64,000 nucleotides of DNA from Candidatus Cloacimonadales bacterium. GTDB lineage: Bacteria > Cloacimonadota > Cloacimonadia > Cloacimonadales > JAFGVF01. The stretch spans positions 1,088,001-1,152,000 of the forward strand of contig OY759729.1 in NCBI GenBank assembly GCA_963662585.1, in the 5' to 3' direction. The position numbers and the translations under genes are program-made. Each line of letters begins with the position of its first letter. Positions within the stretch are counted from its first letter, which is position 1. Positions 17,870 to 27,680 of this stretch are shown here, piece by piece. The notes beneath the pieces are model-generated. The model was not told the origin of the DNA. It saw nothing but the letters and a program-made list of their open reading frames with translations, and ran no database searches.

Positions 17870-18829
17870 ATGTTAAGAACTGCGGAATTTGTTAGTCCAG
17901 GACATCCGGACAAATTATGTGACAGAATTGCTGATAGCATTCTGGATGTTTGTTTATCACAGGATGAAAATACTCGTGCAGCCATTGAAGTAATGGGTGG
18001 GCACAAATTAATAAGTGTAACAGGAGAAATTACTACTAATGCATTTGTTAATGTTCAAGAAACTGTTAGAAAAATTGTAGGTGAAAATTGCGGTGTACAA
18101 GTTAACATCGTAAGACAATCACCAGAAATTGCTAATGGTGTTGATAATGGTGGAGCTGGTGATCAAGGAATTATGATCGGTTACGCTTGTAATGAGAATA
18201 AAGAGATGATTCCTCATGAAGCATATCTTGCTCGTTCATTAAATAGATATTTATACAATAAACATCCTTATGATGGCAAGACTCAAGTTACCCTTAAAGA
18301 TAACGAAGTTGTTGCTTTGGTGGCTAGTTTTCAGCTTACCAAGACTTCTGAGTTAACACAGGATATAAAAGATTGGGCTAAAGAGATGAATTTAGATATC
18401 TCTTCAATCAAACTTCATGTTAATCCTGCTGGTGAGTGGAATTGTGGTGGTTTTGATGCTGATACTGGAGTAACCGGTAGAAAATTAGCTGTTGATAACT
18501 ACGGACCACGCATTCCTATTGGTGGCGGTGCTTTCTCAGGAAAAGATTCTACTAAAGTTGATAGATCAGGTGCTTATATGGCTCGTAGAATCGCTGTTGA
18601 TTATCTTAGGAAAAATAATGCTAAAGAAGTATTTGTGGAATTAGCCTACGCTATAGGTGTAGCTGAGCCTGTTCAAGCGACAGTTACCATAGATGGAGTT
18701 GAAGAAGAAGTTAAAGGCTACGATTTAACCCCTAAAGGTATTATCACAGCTTTAAAACTCACTAAACCTATTTTTGAAGTAACAGCTCAGTGGGGTCATT
18801 TCGGTAATGGCTTCAATTGGGACAAATAG
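17870..18829 (+). CDS. metK: S-adenosylmethionine synthetase (compact form)
   Basis: GHPDKLCD, GAGDQG, GGGAFSGKD, WGHFG. Confidence 0.95.
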   Translation: MLRTAEFVSPGHPDKLCDRIADSILDVCLSQDENTRAAIEVMGGHKLISVTGEITTNAFVNVQETVRKIVGENCGVQVNIVRQSPEIANGVDNGGAGDQGIMIGYACNENKEMIPHEAYLARSLNRYLYNKHPYDGKTQVTLKDNEVVALVASFQLTKTSELTQDIKDWAKEMNLDISSIKLHVNPAGEWNCGGFDADTGVTGRKLAVDNYGPRIPIGGGAFSGKDSTKVDRSGAYMARRIAVDYLRKNNAKEVFVELAYAIGVAEPVQATVTIDGVEEEVKGYDLTPKGIITALKLTKPIFEVTAQWGHFGNGFNWDK

Positions 18830-18860
18830 TTCTTTAAACACTAAATACAGTATATATTTA

Positions 18861-18887
18861 AAGGCAGTTAATTCTGCCTTTTTTTTT
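18861..18887 (+). terminator. Intrinsic terminator after metK
   Basis: AAGGCAG-ttaatt-CTGCCTT followed by a T run. Confidence 0.8.
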
Positions 18888-18907
18888 ACCAAGCTTGTGG
18901 AGTATAA

Positions 18908-19078
18908 TTTAACCCGAATGGTGCAGTAGAGCTTTACAGAAGAGTGCAGATTCTTTTAGATAAAGCTTTTACAGAATTTATCAGCCTATAATATATATAC
19001 TCTGAGAAATTATGTAAAATGCTTTTGCAAATGAATATAGTGCTATTCTAAAAGATCTACTGCATTATTGGGTTTAAA
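18908..19078 (+). other. Long imperfect hairpin (about 170 nt)
   Basis: Arms AACCCGAATGGTGCAGTAGA / TCTACTGCATTATTGGGTT and inner TTTTACAGAATTT / AAATTATGTAAAA. Confidence 0.65.
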
Positions 19079-19485
19079 CTAGATATAGTTCTTGAACCTA
19101 AAGGAGTCTTCCCATAAGCTATTCCTCCTCATCCTGAAGCTACTACAATCCACAAGCACCAGTATGTAATTCAGCACTATTTATTTGACATTTTGCTACA
19201 CATATTGACTATTAATTTATGAATTGACCTGTCCTCAAGTGCTTTCACACTAATCAAGGCTAATTGGAAGGAATTTCTAAGAGACTAATACAGAATTTTT
19301 CCGTAGTTATTTTCCTTACAAACATAGAAGATAATTGATAATAGGGAGTTTTTCACAAGACCCTTTTAGATGAATTCCTGAAAGTGGTTTATAGCTTTAG
19401 TGGAGAAGAAGTAAGAATAATCACAAGAAAATTGGTCATATTATTTAGGGCAAGAAAAAATAAAAAAAATAATGTAGAGGTAAAA

Positions 19486-22194
19486 ATGAAAAAACACTTA
19501 ATTGTTATTCTAACACTATTATTGGCCGTAGGCTTATTTTCCCAAACTATCACAGCACCACAAGGTAGTGGTACAGAGACAGACCCTTATCTGATAAGTA
19601 GTTACGAGAATTTGAATTGGTTAACTTCCAGAGATTCTTTGATTGAAGTAACTTATTTAGACAGAATGAATGCTTATTACACACAAACAACTGAAATTAT
19701 CTTTCCAGAAGCCATTACTGACTGGGATGAGAATCAAGGCTTCATGCCAATTGGTTGGGGATCCTTATCTGAGAGTTTTCCTTTCTCTGGAGATTATAAC
19801 GGACAAGGTCATACTATAACTAATCTTTATATTAATCGTCCAACCATGGATAGTGTAGCTCTTTTTGGACTTCTCATCACTGGAACAATTGAAGATTTAG
19901 GTCTTATCGATGTTAATGTTACTGGTTCATGGGGTATTGCTGGATTAGTAGGAGAAATGGATACAAATTCAATAGTCAATAATTGTTTTGTTACTGGTGA
20001 AATTATAGGAGAAGCTATTGTTGGCGGTATTACATCTTATAATTTTGAATCTGAAATTAATAATTCTTATTTTATCGGTAATCTTGAATCTCTAGAGGCA
20101 ATTGGTGGAATTGCAGGTTATAATGACAATGCCACTATTACAAACTCTTATGCTATAGCATCTTTTGAAAATGTTGATTATGCAGGACTTCTTGTGGGAT
20201 TAAATGATAGTTCTTCTATCCACAACTCATTCTGGAATTCTGAACTTACTCCTGATCTTCCAGGAATTGCAGATGATACAAATGGTGATATAGTCAACTC
20301 ATTAGGAAAAACAACAGAAGAGATGAAAACTGAATCCACATTTACAGTTGCTGGCTGGGACTTTACAGACATTTGGCAAATTAATGATCAAATCAATGAT
20401 TCATATCCTTCTTTTACTTGGCAAAATGAATCTGAAACCCCTAATACAACTTTACCTCCAATGAACTTAACAGCAGATGTTGATGGTTCAAGTGTAGAGT
20501 TAAACTGGGAAGCACCACTTGATTTAACAAATGGCCTATGGTTAACTAAAGGTTCTGAAGATAATAATGATGGTATTGGTACTGGTGCAGCTGCTACAAT
20601 GCACATTGCTCACATGTACACCGAAGCTGAGTTAGCTATCTATCAAGGTATGTATATTAATTCAATTAAAATGTTCCCAAGAGAAGCTTCTGCTACTTAT
20701 ACTCTCAAAGTATGGGGTGGAAGTAATGGTAACACAGAATTATATAGTCAAGCTATTACAGATTTCACTAATGAAGCATGGAACGAATTTACATTAGACT
20801 CAGCAGTTGCTATTCCTTCTGCAGGTCCAGTATATATTGGTTACTATGTGAATACTCCTACAGGTTACCCTGCAGGTAGTGATGCTGGTCCAGCTGTTGC
20901 AGGTGGAGATATGGTTAAGTTAAATGACCAAGCAAGCTGGGATGTGCTTTCTTCAATAACTACAATCAATATTAACTGGAATATCCAAGCTTTTGTTTCA
21001 CCTGAAGGTGCTGACAGAGCTTCTTATACTCCAATTGCTATGGTTAACAGATCTGCAAAAGCTAATAACAGCAATGCTCAATTAGTTGCAGGAAACTTAA
21101 ACCCAATCCTTTCAAGTAGATTCAATGTAGAAAGAGATGTAACTGCTTACAAAATCTACCGCGATAACGAAGAAATTGCTGAAGTTGCAGCTTCTGTTCT
21201 TACTTATACTGATGCTGATTTAGCTGATGGAACTTATGTTTATCATGTAACAGCTATGTATGGTGATGCAGAATCATTTAACTCTAACAGTGTTACCGTT
21301 AATGTTATTAACATTAATCCTGGTGATATTATTATTGCTGATAGTTTTGAAGACTATGCAGACTTCTCATTACAGTTCGGAGACTGGACTCTTGTAGATG
21401 GTGATTTATCAGCAACTTATGGATTTGACGGAACTACATTCCCTAATGCTGAATCAATGATGTCTTACATAGTATTTAATCCTGCTATGACTACTCCAGC
21501 TCTTAGTGATGAAAGTTATAATGCTCCTGACGGAAGCAAATATCTTGCTAGTTTTGCTGCTGTAACTCCTACAAATAATGACTGGTTAATTTCACAACCT
21601 TTCACTCTTGGTGCACAAGGTGAAGTTAACTTCAAAGCTAAATCTATCACTAGCCAATATGGTTTAGAAAGATTTAATGTTCTTGTATCTACAGGTTCAT
21701 CTAACCCTAACGACTTCGAATCAATCTCAGGTGCTACTTATACTGAAGCTCCTACTACTTGGACTAGCTACATGTATGGTTTAAATGATTATGCAAACCA
21801 AACAATCAGAGTTGCTATCCAATGTGTTTCAGATGATGCATTCGTATTCATGCTTGATGATTTCAAAGTTGTTTCAGCAGGTGGAACTGATAATGATGAT
21901 ACTACTGTTCCTCTATTTACTAATGCTTTAAAAGGTAACTACCCTAACCCATTCAACCCTGAAACTAGAATTAGTTACTCAGTTGAAAAAGCTGGTAAAG
22001 TTACTTTAGAAGTCTATAATATCCTTGGACAGAAAGTAAAAACTCTTGTTAATGATACAAAAGAAGCAGGTTCTCACAGTGTAGTATGGAATGGACAAGA
22101 TAGTGCTGGTAACTCAGTTGCTTCAGGCCTTTATTTCTACCGTATGAAAAGTGGAACTTACTCAAAAACAAGCAAAATGATTTTAATGAAGTAG
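19486..22194 (+). CDS. Secreted multidomain protein (GLUG-type repeats, FN3-like, cleaved-adhesin/choice-of-anchor J-like, FlgD-Ig C-terminal domain)
   Basis: Signal peptide MKKHLIVIL; GSGT..DPYLI; VGGI.G repeats; NNDWLIS, FMLDD; NYPNPFNPET...KMILMK; RBS supports ATG 19486. Confidence 0.8.
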   Translation: MKKHLIVILTLLLAVGLFSQTITAPQGSGTETDPYLISSYENLNWLTSRDSLIEVTYLDRMNAYYTQTTEIIFPEAITDWDENQGFMPIGWGSLSESFPFSGDYNGQGHTITNLYINRPTMDSVALFGLLITGTIEDLGLIDVNVTGSWGIAGLVGEMDTNSIVNNCFVTGEIIGEAIVGGITSYNFESEINNSYFIGNLESLEAIGGIAGYNDNATITNSYAIASFENVDYAGLLVGLNDSSSIHNSFWNSELTPDLPGIADDTNGDIVNSLGKTTEEMKTESTFTVAGWDFTDIWQINDQINDSYPSFTWQNESETPNTTLPPMNLTADVDGSSVELNWEAPLDLTNGLWLTKGSEDNNDGIGTGAAATMHIAHMYTEAELAIYQGMYINSIKMFPREASATYTLKVWGGSNGNTELYSQAITDFTNEAWNEFTLDSAVAIPSAGPVYIGYYVNTPTGYPAGSDAGPAVAGGDMVKLNDQASWDVLSSITTININWNIQAFVSPEGADRASYTPIAMVNRSAKANNSNAQLVAGNLNPILSSRFNVERDVTAYKIYRDNEEIAEVAASVLTYTDADLADGTYVYHVTAMYGDAESFNSNSVTVNVININPGDIIIADSFEDYADFSLQFGDWTLVDGDLSATYGFDGTTFPNAESMMSYIVFNPAMTTPALSDESYNAPDGSKYLASFAAVTPTNNDWLISQPFTLGAQGEVNFKAKSITSQYGLERFNVLVSTGSSNPNDFESISGATYTEAPTTWTSYMYGLNDYANQTIRVAIQCVSDDAFVFMLDDFKVVSAGGTDNDDTTVPLFTNALKGNYPNPFNPETRISYSVEKAGKVTLEVYNILGQKVKTLVNDTKEAGSHSVVWNGQDSAGNSVASGLYFYRMKSGTYSKTSKMILMK

Positions 22195-22265
22195 ATAATC
22201 CTTGTAATCCCCCTCTATGAGGGGGACACATGAGGTCTTACCTTCAATAAAATAATAAATATAAT

Positions 22266-22290
22266 AGCCCTGCAGAAATGTGGGGCTTTT
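22266..22290 (+). terminator. Intrinsic terminator
   Basis: AGCCCTGCA-gaaa-TGTGGGGCT TTT. Confidence 0.7.
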
Positions 22291-22292
22291 CG

Positions 22293-22395
22293 TTCTAACT
22301 GGGAAAGCGGGATTCTTTCTAACTGGGAATGCGGGATTCTTTCTAACTGGGAATGCGGGATTCTTTCTAACTGGGAATGCGGGATTCCAGCCCGC
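22293..22395 (+). repeat. Three 24-bp half-site repeats followed by a complete CTGGGA-type palindromic module
   Basis: (TTCTAACTGGGAAWGCGGGATTCT)x3 + TTCTAACTGGGAATGCGGGATTCCAGCCCGC. Confidence 0.9.
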
Positions 22396-22575
22396 GACCA
22401 GCAGATAATGCTGGTCTAAAAAGCTAACCCACCTCGCAAGTGCGTAGCATCGAAGCTAAGGAAGTGTTCTTAAACTACTCTTCCCTTCCTCCTTCTCAAT
22501 CAACTCAAGTATTTTTTGTTGTTTTGTGGGAATGAGTAGGAAGGAGCAAGGGAAGTCAATTAAGATAGCAAGGGA

Positions 22576-24117
22576 TTATCTAACAACAGATGTTGAATCG
22601 CTGTTAGCTTCTAAGTTTGCATAGTATTTTTGTTTGCCCATAGCAATTCTATTCTGCAAATCTTGAACTTGCTTAAGGAATCTACTTTTTCTTTCACCTT
22701 CTAATTTATTAGCAGCGACCATTTTTAAATTTGTTCTAGGATTAACCCATCTTCCATTTAACATAACACCAAAGTGAAGATGTGGTCCTGTTGACCTACC
22801 TGTGGAGCCTACTGTGCCGATAACTTGTCCTTTAGCAACATATCTACCCTTACGAGTGTTTATTTTATGTAAATGGGCATATTGTGTAACCATTCCATTC
22901 TCGTGTCTAATTCTAACTTCATTACCATAACCATCTCCAGTATTAGCAGCTTTAATAATAGTCCCTGAAGTAACAGCAAAAACAGGCGTACCTGTAGAAC
23001 CACGCAAATCCATTCCTTGGTGAAGAATTCTTCTTCCTAAAATAGGGTGAATTCTGTAACCATAAGGAGAAGTAATGTGCATTAGGTTCAGTGGAGTTCT
23101 AATATTTCCTTGAACAAGTCCCTTACCTGTTTCAGTGTACATACCATTAAAAGCTGAGGCATCATTATCATCCACAAAACGATAGGCACTTTTACTTCCT
23201 GTTCTTTTACCAGAATAACTCACGAAGAGGACTTTTCCTTGCGGTTCGATTTCCCCGTTTACGCGTTTTTCTTGAACATAAATCTCGAAAGTATCGCCAA
23301 CTCGGGCATCCTTACTAAGTGCTAACTGGGATTCAATAGCATCGTTAGCTTGCTGTCTTACAAAGCTAGTTAAACCAAGAGAGGCCATAGCTCTATCTAA
23401 AGAGTTGTTTTCCCTTGTCACTTCACCGATATAATAGTTTTCCACAAGATCGAAGGGGTAAGTTGTAAGTTTATATTCTAACTCTCTCTCACCTAAAATA
23501 TAAAATTCATGTAGAGAGATCTTGTCTTCTTTATAGGCAAATTTGTTAAATCTTTTTACTTTAAGAGAATCTAGATAATAATCGACGAAAAGAGTATCAC
23601 CCACATCAATACTGGTAGCATCAATGTATTCACCTAATTTCCAAGCATAATAACCTATATGCTTGGCTTCCATTCCTAAGTCTGTGAGAACTTGATAAAC
23701 TGAACCACCTTTCAAGATTGGTTTTTTAACTTCTACAGTATAACTTACAGAATCAGATTCACTCTTTCTAATATCATATTTTGCATTGAAAAGATCTACT
23801 TTTGCTTCTTTAATTTCACGAGTATCTAAGGTAGCTCGGAATAAAAAACTGCTTTCTGTTTGGGTGGCTTTTTCACCAATTTTTGAACCAATGATATCCA
23901 GAATATCGTCTGTATTGATAAAATTACGAGAAGTTATTTCTGCAAATAAATCTGCATTTTTTGCTACTGTGAATTTATCAACTAATTCATTACTCTTTCT
24001 TTCAATCTTAACTCTTTTACCATCAATAACTTGATATTCAGGTTCACTTTTACATTTACAAGCTGAAACAAACAAAATTAAATATATTATTATCAAATAG
24101 ATTAGTGTTTTCTTCAT
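22576..24117 (-). CDS. M23-family peptidoglycan DD-endopeptidase (probable lipoprotein)
   Basis: HQGMD and GPHLHF zinc motifs, YAHL; lipobox-like VSAC; GGAG RBS before ATG 24117. Confidence 0.9.
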   Translation of the reverse strand: MKKTLIYLIIIYLILFVSACKCKSEPEYQVIDGKRVKIERKSNELVDKFTVAKNADLFAEITSRNFINTDDILDIIGSKIGEKATQTESSFLFRATLDTREIKEAKVDLFNAKYDIRKSESDSVSYTVEVKKPILKGGSVYQVLTDLGMEAKHIGYYAWKLGEYIDATSIDVGDTLFVDYYLDSLKVKRFNKFAYKEDKISLHEFYILGERELEYKLTTYPFDLVENYYIGEVTRENNSLDRAMASLGLTSFVRQQANDAIESQLALSKDARVGDTFEIYVQEKRVNGEIEPQGKVLFVSYSGKRTGSKSAYRFVDDNDASAFNGMYTETGKGLVQGNIRTPLNLMHITSPYGYRIHPILGRRILHQGMDLRGSTGTPVFAVTSGTIIKAANTGDGYGNEVRIRHENGMVTQYAHLHKINTRKGRYVAKGQVIGTVGSTGRSTGPHLHFGVMLNGRWVNPRTNLKMVAANKLEGERKSRFLKQVQDLQNRIAMGKQKYYANLEANSDSTSVVR

Positions 24118-24311
24118 AAATTCTCCTAATGAGACAAATATTATAATAATGTTTTTTGGCAAATACTTTTTTAAATATATTATAATTATATCGGTTTAAC
24201 TTCTTAAAAGATAAAAAAATAAGAAAAATTGATTAATTTAGTATTCTTAAATCTTGACAGTTAACTTTGATATTTTATTTTTATAATATATTCGAATGAG
24301 GAGATATCTTT

Positions 24312-25142
24312 GTGAATCAAAAGAATGTTATAAAAGCAATAATGCGAGCTCGTTATAAAAAAAAAATAGAGTCATTTTCTTCTAAAATAGATATTGATAT
24401 AAATAAAAAGAATTATATCATAAAAACTGCTTCTAATCAAGATGAATTAGAACAGGTTCTCACGCTTAGGCATCAAGTTTTTTTAGAAGAACTATTGCAT
24501 AAAAAGAGGCTTATTGAAGTGGATTTTGATAAATTTGATCTTCTTTGTGACCACTTGATGATTATAAATAAGAGTGATGATTCATTGATTGGTACTTACA
24601 GATTAAACTGTTCCAAATTTAGCAACAATTTCTATTCAGCTACTGAATTTAATATCGATGCAATCATTGAATTACCAGGCGATAAAGTAGAATTAGGTAG
24701 AGCTTGCGTTCATCCCGACTTTCGAAACGGTATGACAATTGCTCTTTTATGGAAAGGACTTTCTGAATATATGGCTGTCTCTGAAAGTAGATTCTTCTTT
24801 GGTTGTTCTAGCGTAAAATCAATGGACTATCTCTTTATTCTCAATATTTATAATGCCCTAGTTAAGTCAGGAAGCTTAGTTCACTTGCCGGGTGTAAAAC
24901 CAATCGGAAAATTCAAATCTAAAAGCTTAAAAAAATTAATAAAAAAACAGACTATTGATCAAGAGTTTGACGATTCTACAATGCTAGATAAACTTCCTCC
25001 TCTGCTTAAAAGTTATATTAAAGCTGGGGCGAAAGTTATTGGTGAACCTGCTCTAGATAAAGATTTTCAATGTTTCGATTTCCTAACTCTTCTTGATTTC
25101 CAAAATGCTGACCAAAAATATAAGGATAAATACTCAAAATAA
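24312..25142 (+). CDS. GNAT N-acyltransferase, OlsB-like
   Basis: LRHQVF.EE, DKFD..CDHL, GTYRL, VELGRACVHPDFR, LPPLLKSY...GAKV.GEPALD.DF. Confidence 0.85.
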   Translation: MNQKNVIKAIMRARYKKKIESFSSKIDIDINKKNYIIKTASNQDELEQVLTLRHQVFLEELLHKKRLIEVDFDKFDLLCDHLMIINKSDDSLIGTYRLNCSKFSNNFYSATEFNIDAIIELPGDKVELGRACVHPDFRNGMTIALLWKGLSEYMAVSESRFFFGCSSVKSMDYLFILNIYNALVKSGSLVHLPGVKPIGKFKSKSLKKLIKKQTIDQEFDDSTMLDKLPPLLKSYIKAGAKVIGEPALDKDFQCFDFLTLLDFQNADQKYKDKYSK

Positions 25143-25918
25143 TGCTGTTAAAAATAATAATCTCAATATGGTATTTTCTCGGCTTCTTTTTGAAAGGTGG
25201 CTTTATCATGCTTTTTACAAAAAACAGGGTTAAACGCCATCAACTCAATGCTGAAAACACTTCTAAAGCTTGCTGTAAAATGGTTAAACTTCTTGGTCTT
25301 AAAGTTAATCTGACAAATCCTGAAAAATGGGAGATACTGAATCAAGAGAACTTCTTAATAATTTCTAATCATGTTTCTTACTTAGATATACCAATTCTAA
25401 CCAGCATTAGGCCCTTTCTTTTTATTACCTCTCATGAAATGAAAAATACCCCTTTCTTAGGACAACTCACTCAATTAGGAGGAAGTCTCTATACAGATAG
25501 GAAAAAATTCACTGGGATTATGGGAGAGATTAAGAATTTTGCCACTTTTTTGAAAGATGGTTTTAATGTGGTCCTCTTTCCAGAAGCTACTTCAACCGAC
25601 GGAAAACAACTTAGAAATTTTAAAAAATCACTTCTGCAAGTAGCAATAGAAGCTGAAAAACCAATTTTACCAATCTGTATAAAATACCTTACTTGCGACG
25701 GCCAACCTATCAGTGATGAGAATAGAGATAATCTATATTGGTATGGAGATATGGGATTCCTACCCCACTTTATGCGATTAATCAAAACAAAAGATACCCA
25801 AATTGAAATTACGCTTTTAGATAAAATTGAAGTTACTGCCGAAAGTGATAGAAAATCCTTAAATGATAATGCTTTTAAACAAATTAGTGAAAAATATTAT
25901 TCATATAAATATTTATAA
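25142..25918 (+). CDS. PlsC/OlsA-family acyltransferase
   Basis: NHVSYLD (HxxxxD), FPEATS; start overlaps the upstream stop. Confidence 0.9.
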   Translation: MLLKIIISIWYFLGFFLKGGFIMLFTKNRVKRHQLNAENTSKACCKMVKLLGLKVNLTNPEKWEILNQENFLIISNHVSYLDIPILTSIRPFLFITSHEMKNTPFLGQLTQLGGSLYTDRKKFTGIMGEIKNFATFLKDGFNVVLFPEATSTDGKQLRNFKKSLLQVAIEAEKPILPICIKYLTCDGQPISDENRDNLYWYGDMGFLPHFMRLIKTKDTQIEITLLDKIEVTAESDRKSLNDNAFKQISEKYYSYKYL

Positions 25919-26114
25919 GAGGGTAATATATAAACAATATTAGCGCATTTTAAGAATTTAATCTTTTGGTTTTAATACTCTTACTCAGTAAAGATTCTCT
26001 TGAGTCCTTACTCTGAATTATCCAATCCTAAATAATTTGATCTATTTTAGGAAATTATCTTTTCTTATTCTTTGTCAGCTAAAGCGTCCAAGCCTTTTCG
26101 GGGGTGGGCTCTTT

Positions 26115-26166
26115 GGAGTGTCTTGAGAACACTCTCTATTAGAGGCCATCCTGCTGGGATTTAAGA
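26115..26166 (-). repeat. Palindromic module (ATCCCAGCNGGAT / GGAGTGT-ACACTCC family)
   Basis: Similar to copies at about 37464, 58896, 59196 and 59587. Confidence 0.75.
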
Positions 26167-26218
26167 CAAAATTCTCCCTATCTCTTACTTTCTCTCTTCC
26201 TTCTCAATTATGCATTAA

Positions 26219-27580
26219 TTAGTCTTGATAAATCTCAAACAGAGTTTTAGCCACATCAGCAGAATCTAAATATTTCCCATGTACAGGATCAATCTTATTT
26301 GCTTTTGAGATAAACATTTCAGCTCTAGGACCTTTAGCAAAGAAGGGAACTAAAGAGTTGGTATGCTCAGAAGTTAAGAAGTAAAATTCAGGCATCTTAC
26401 CTTTACCATTGTTAATAACATCAGCAACAACCTTATTCTTCATATTAGCTTGGCCTGAAATATGTCCTGTTTCATGATCAGCAGTGATAATGAGTAAGGT
26501 TTCTTTCCAAGAGCTGTTTTCTTCCACCCATTTAACTACGGATTCAACCGCCTTATTAAATTCTATCTGTTCTTCAATAGTTCTACCATTCCAATTTGCA
26601 TGTGAAGCTTTATCAATTGCTCCACCTTCAATCAATAACCAGAAACCATTAGCATTATCTAGAACATTAATGGCTGCGTCTGTCATCTCTGATAAGGTGG
26701 GAATCTCTTCCCGGAGAGGAACTTGGAATGGAGGGAGATCTTTATCTCCTTTTCTATCATATTGGGCATTTGCTCGATTTTGGAATATTCCGAGCAATCT
26801 CTTGGGAGCATTATCTTTTGTTATATTTTGAAAGTCTTGGCGTTCTCTAATTAATTCCCAAGCATCAGGTCTGTTATCGCCATCAATATCCTTTACGACT
26901 TTGTCAGTGTTGCCATCATTATCAATATCAAAGTCTGTTTTCTCTTGGAGGATTTGCTGCCAAAATTCTTTTTGCCCAACATAGTAATACTTCTTATGAT
27001 CAGGCATTGTATCAAGGTCATTTAGTCCTGCTCCCATCATAACAGAAAGTTCAGAATCCAAAATCATTGATCTAAATATCCCAGGATAATCTTTTCTAAA
27101 AGGACTATGAATAGTAAATCCTGATGGAGTTCCATGACAAGCCACAACAGTTGTAACAGTACCTAGTTTCTTACCTTTCTTTTTAATAAACTCTGAAAAG
27201 TGGAGTAAGTCATTCTTATCTGCATCTACTCCTAAATATCCATTTTTAGTTTTATAACCTGTAGAAAGTGCAGTGGCTGAAGCAGCGGAATCGGTCCATT
27301 TAGAATCAATGTAAAGGCTATCATTCCAAGCTAAATCAGAATCATAACTTTCTGCATCAAGTGAATAAGTGCTCATAAATTGATTTACAGGGAATGATTG
27401 ATAGACTTGTCTTCCTGTCTCTCCATATTGAAAATAATCAGTGGCAAGAAAATGATTATAACCTGCACCATCGGAAATCATGATAATCACATTTTTAGGT
27501 TCTTTGGCACTACATCCCACTAATATTACAAGTATTATTACAAAAAGTACTAGTCTATATTTTTTTAACATTTTAATCAT
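26219..27580 (-). CDS. Alkaline phosphatase (lipoprotein)
   Basis: KNVIIMISDG, TDSAASATA (catalytic Ser), EGGAIDKASH, TADHETG; lipobox LVGC. Confidence 0.9.
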   Translation of the reverse strand: MIKMLKKYRLVLFVIILVILVGCSAKEPKNVIIMISDGAGYNHFLATDYFQYGETGRQVYQSFPVNQFMSTYSLDAESYDSDLAWNDSLYIDSKWTDSAASATALSTGYKTKNGYLGVDADKNDLLHFSEFIKKKGKKLGTVTTVVACHGTPSGFTIHSPFRKDYPGIFRSMILDSELSVMMGAGLNDLDTMPDHKKYYYVGQKEFWQQILQEKTDFDIDNDGNTDKVVKDIDGDNRPDAWELIRERQDFQNITKDNAPKRLLGIFQNRANAQYDRKGDKDLPPFQVPLREEIPTLSEMTDAAINVLDNANGFWLLIEGGAIDKASHANWNGRTIEEQIEFNKAVESVVKWVEENSSWKETLLIITADHETGHISGQANMKNKVVADVINNGKGKMPEFYFLTSEHTNSLVPFFAKGPRAEMFISKANKIDPVHGKYLDSADVAKTLFEIYQD

Positions 27581-27680
27581 TTCCTCTAGTTTTATATTCT
27601 TGGAAACAAATTTAACTGAATATAAGAATTAGTCAATAATCTTAATCTAGACTTTATATGAATTTTATTCTAATCAGATT

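Noticed and set aside
18908..19078. 6S RNA
   Set aside because: Length fits, but pairing looks nearly continuous with no large central bubble; cannot be supported without a covariance search.
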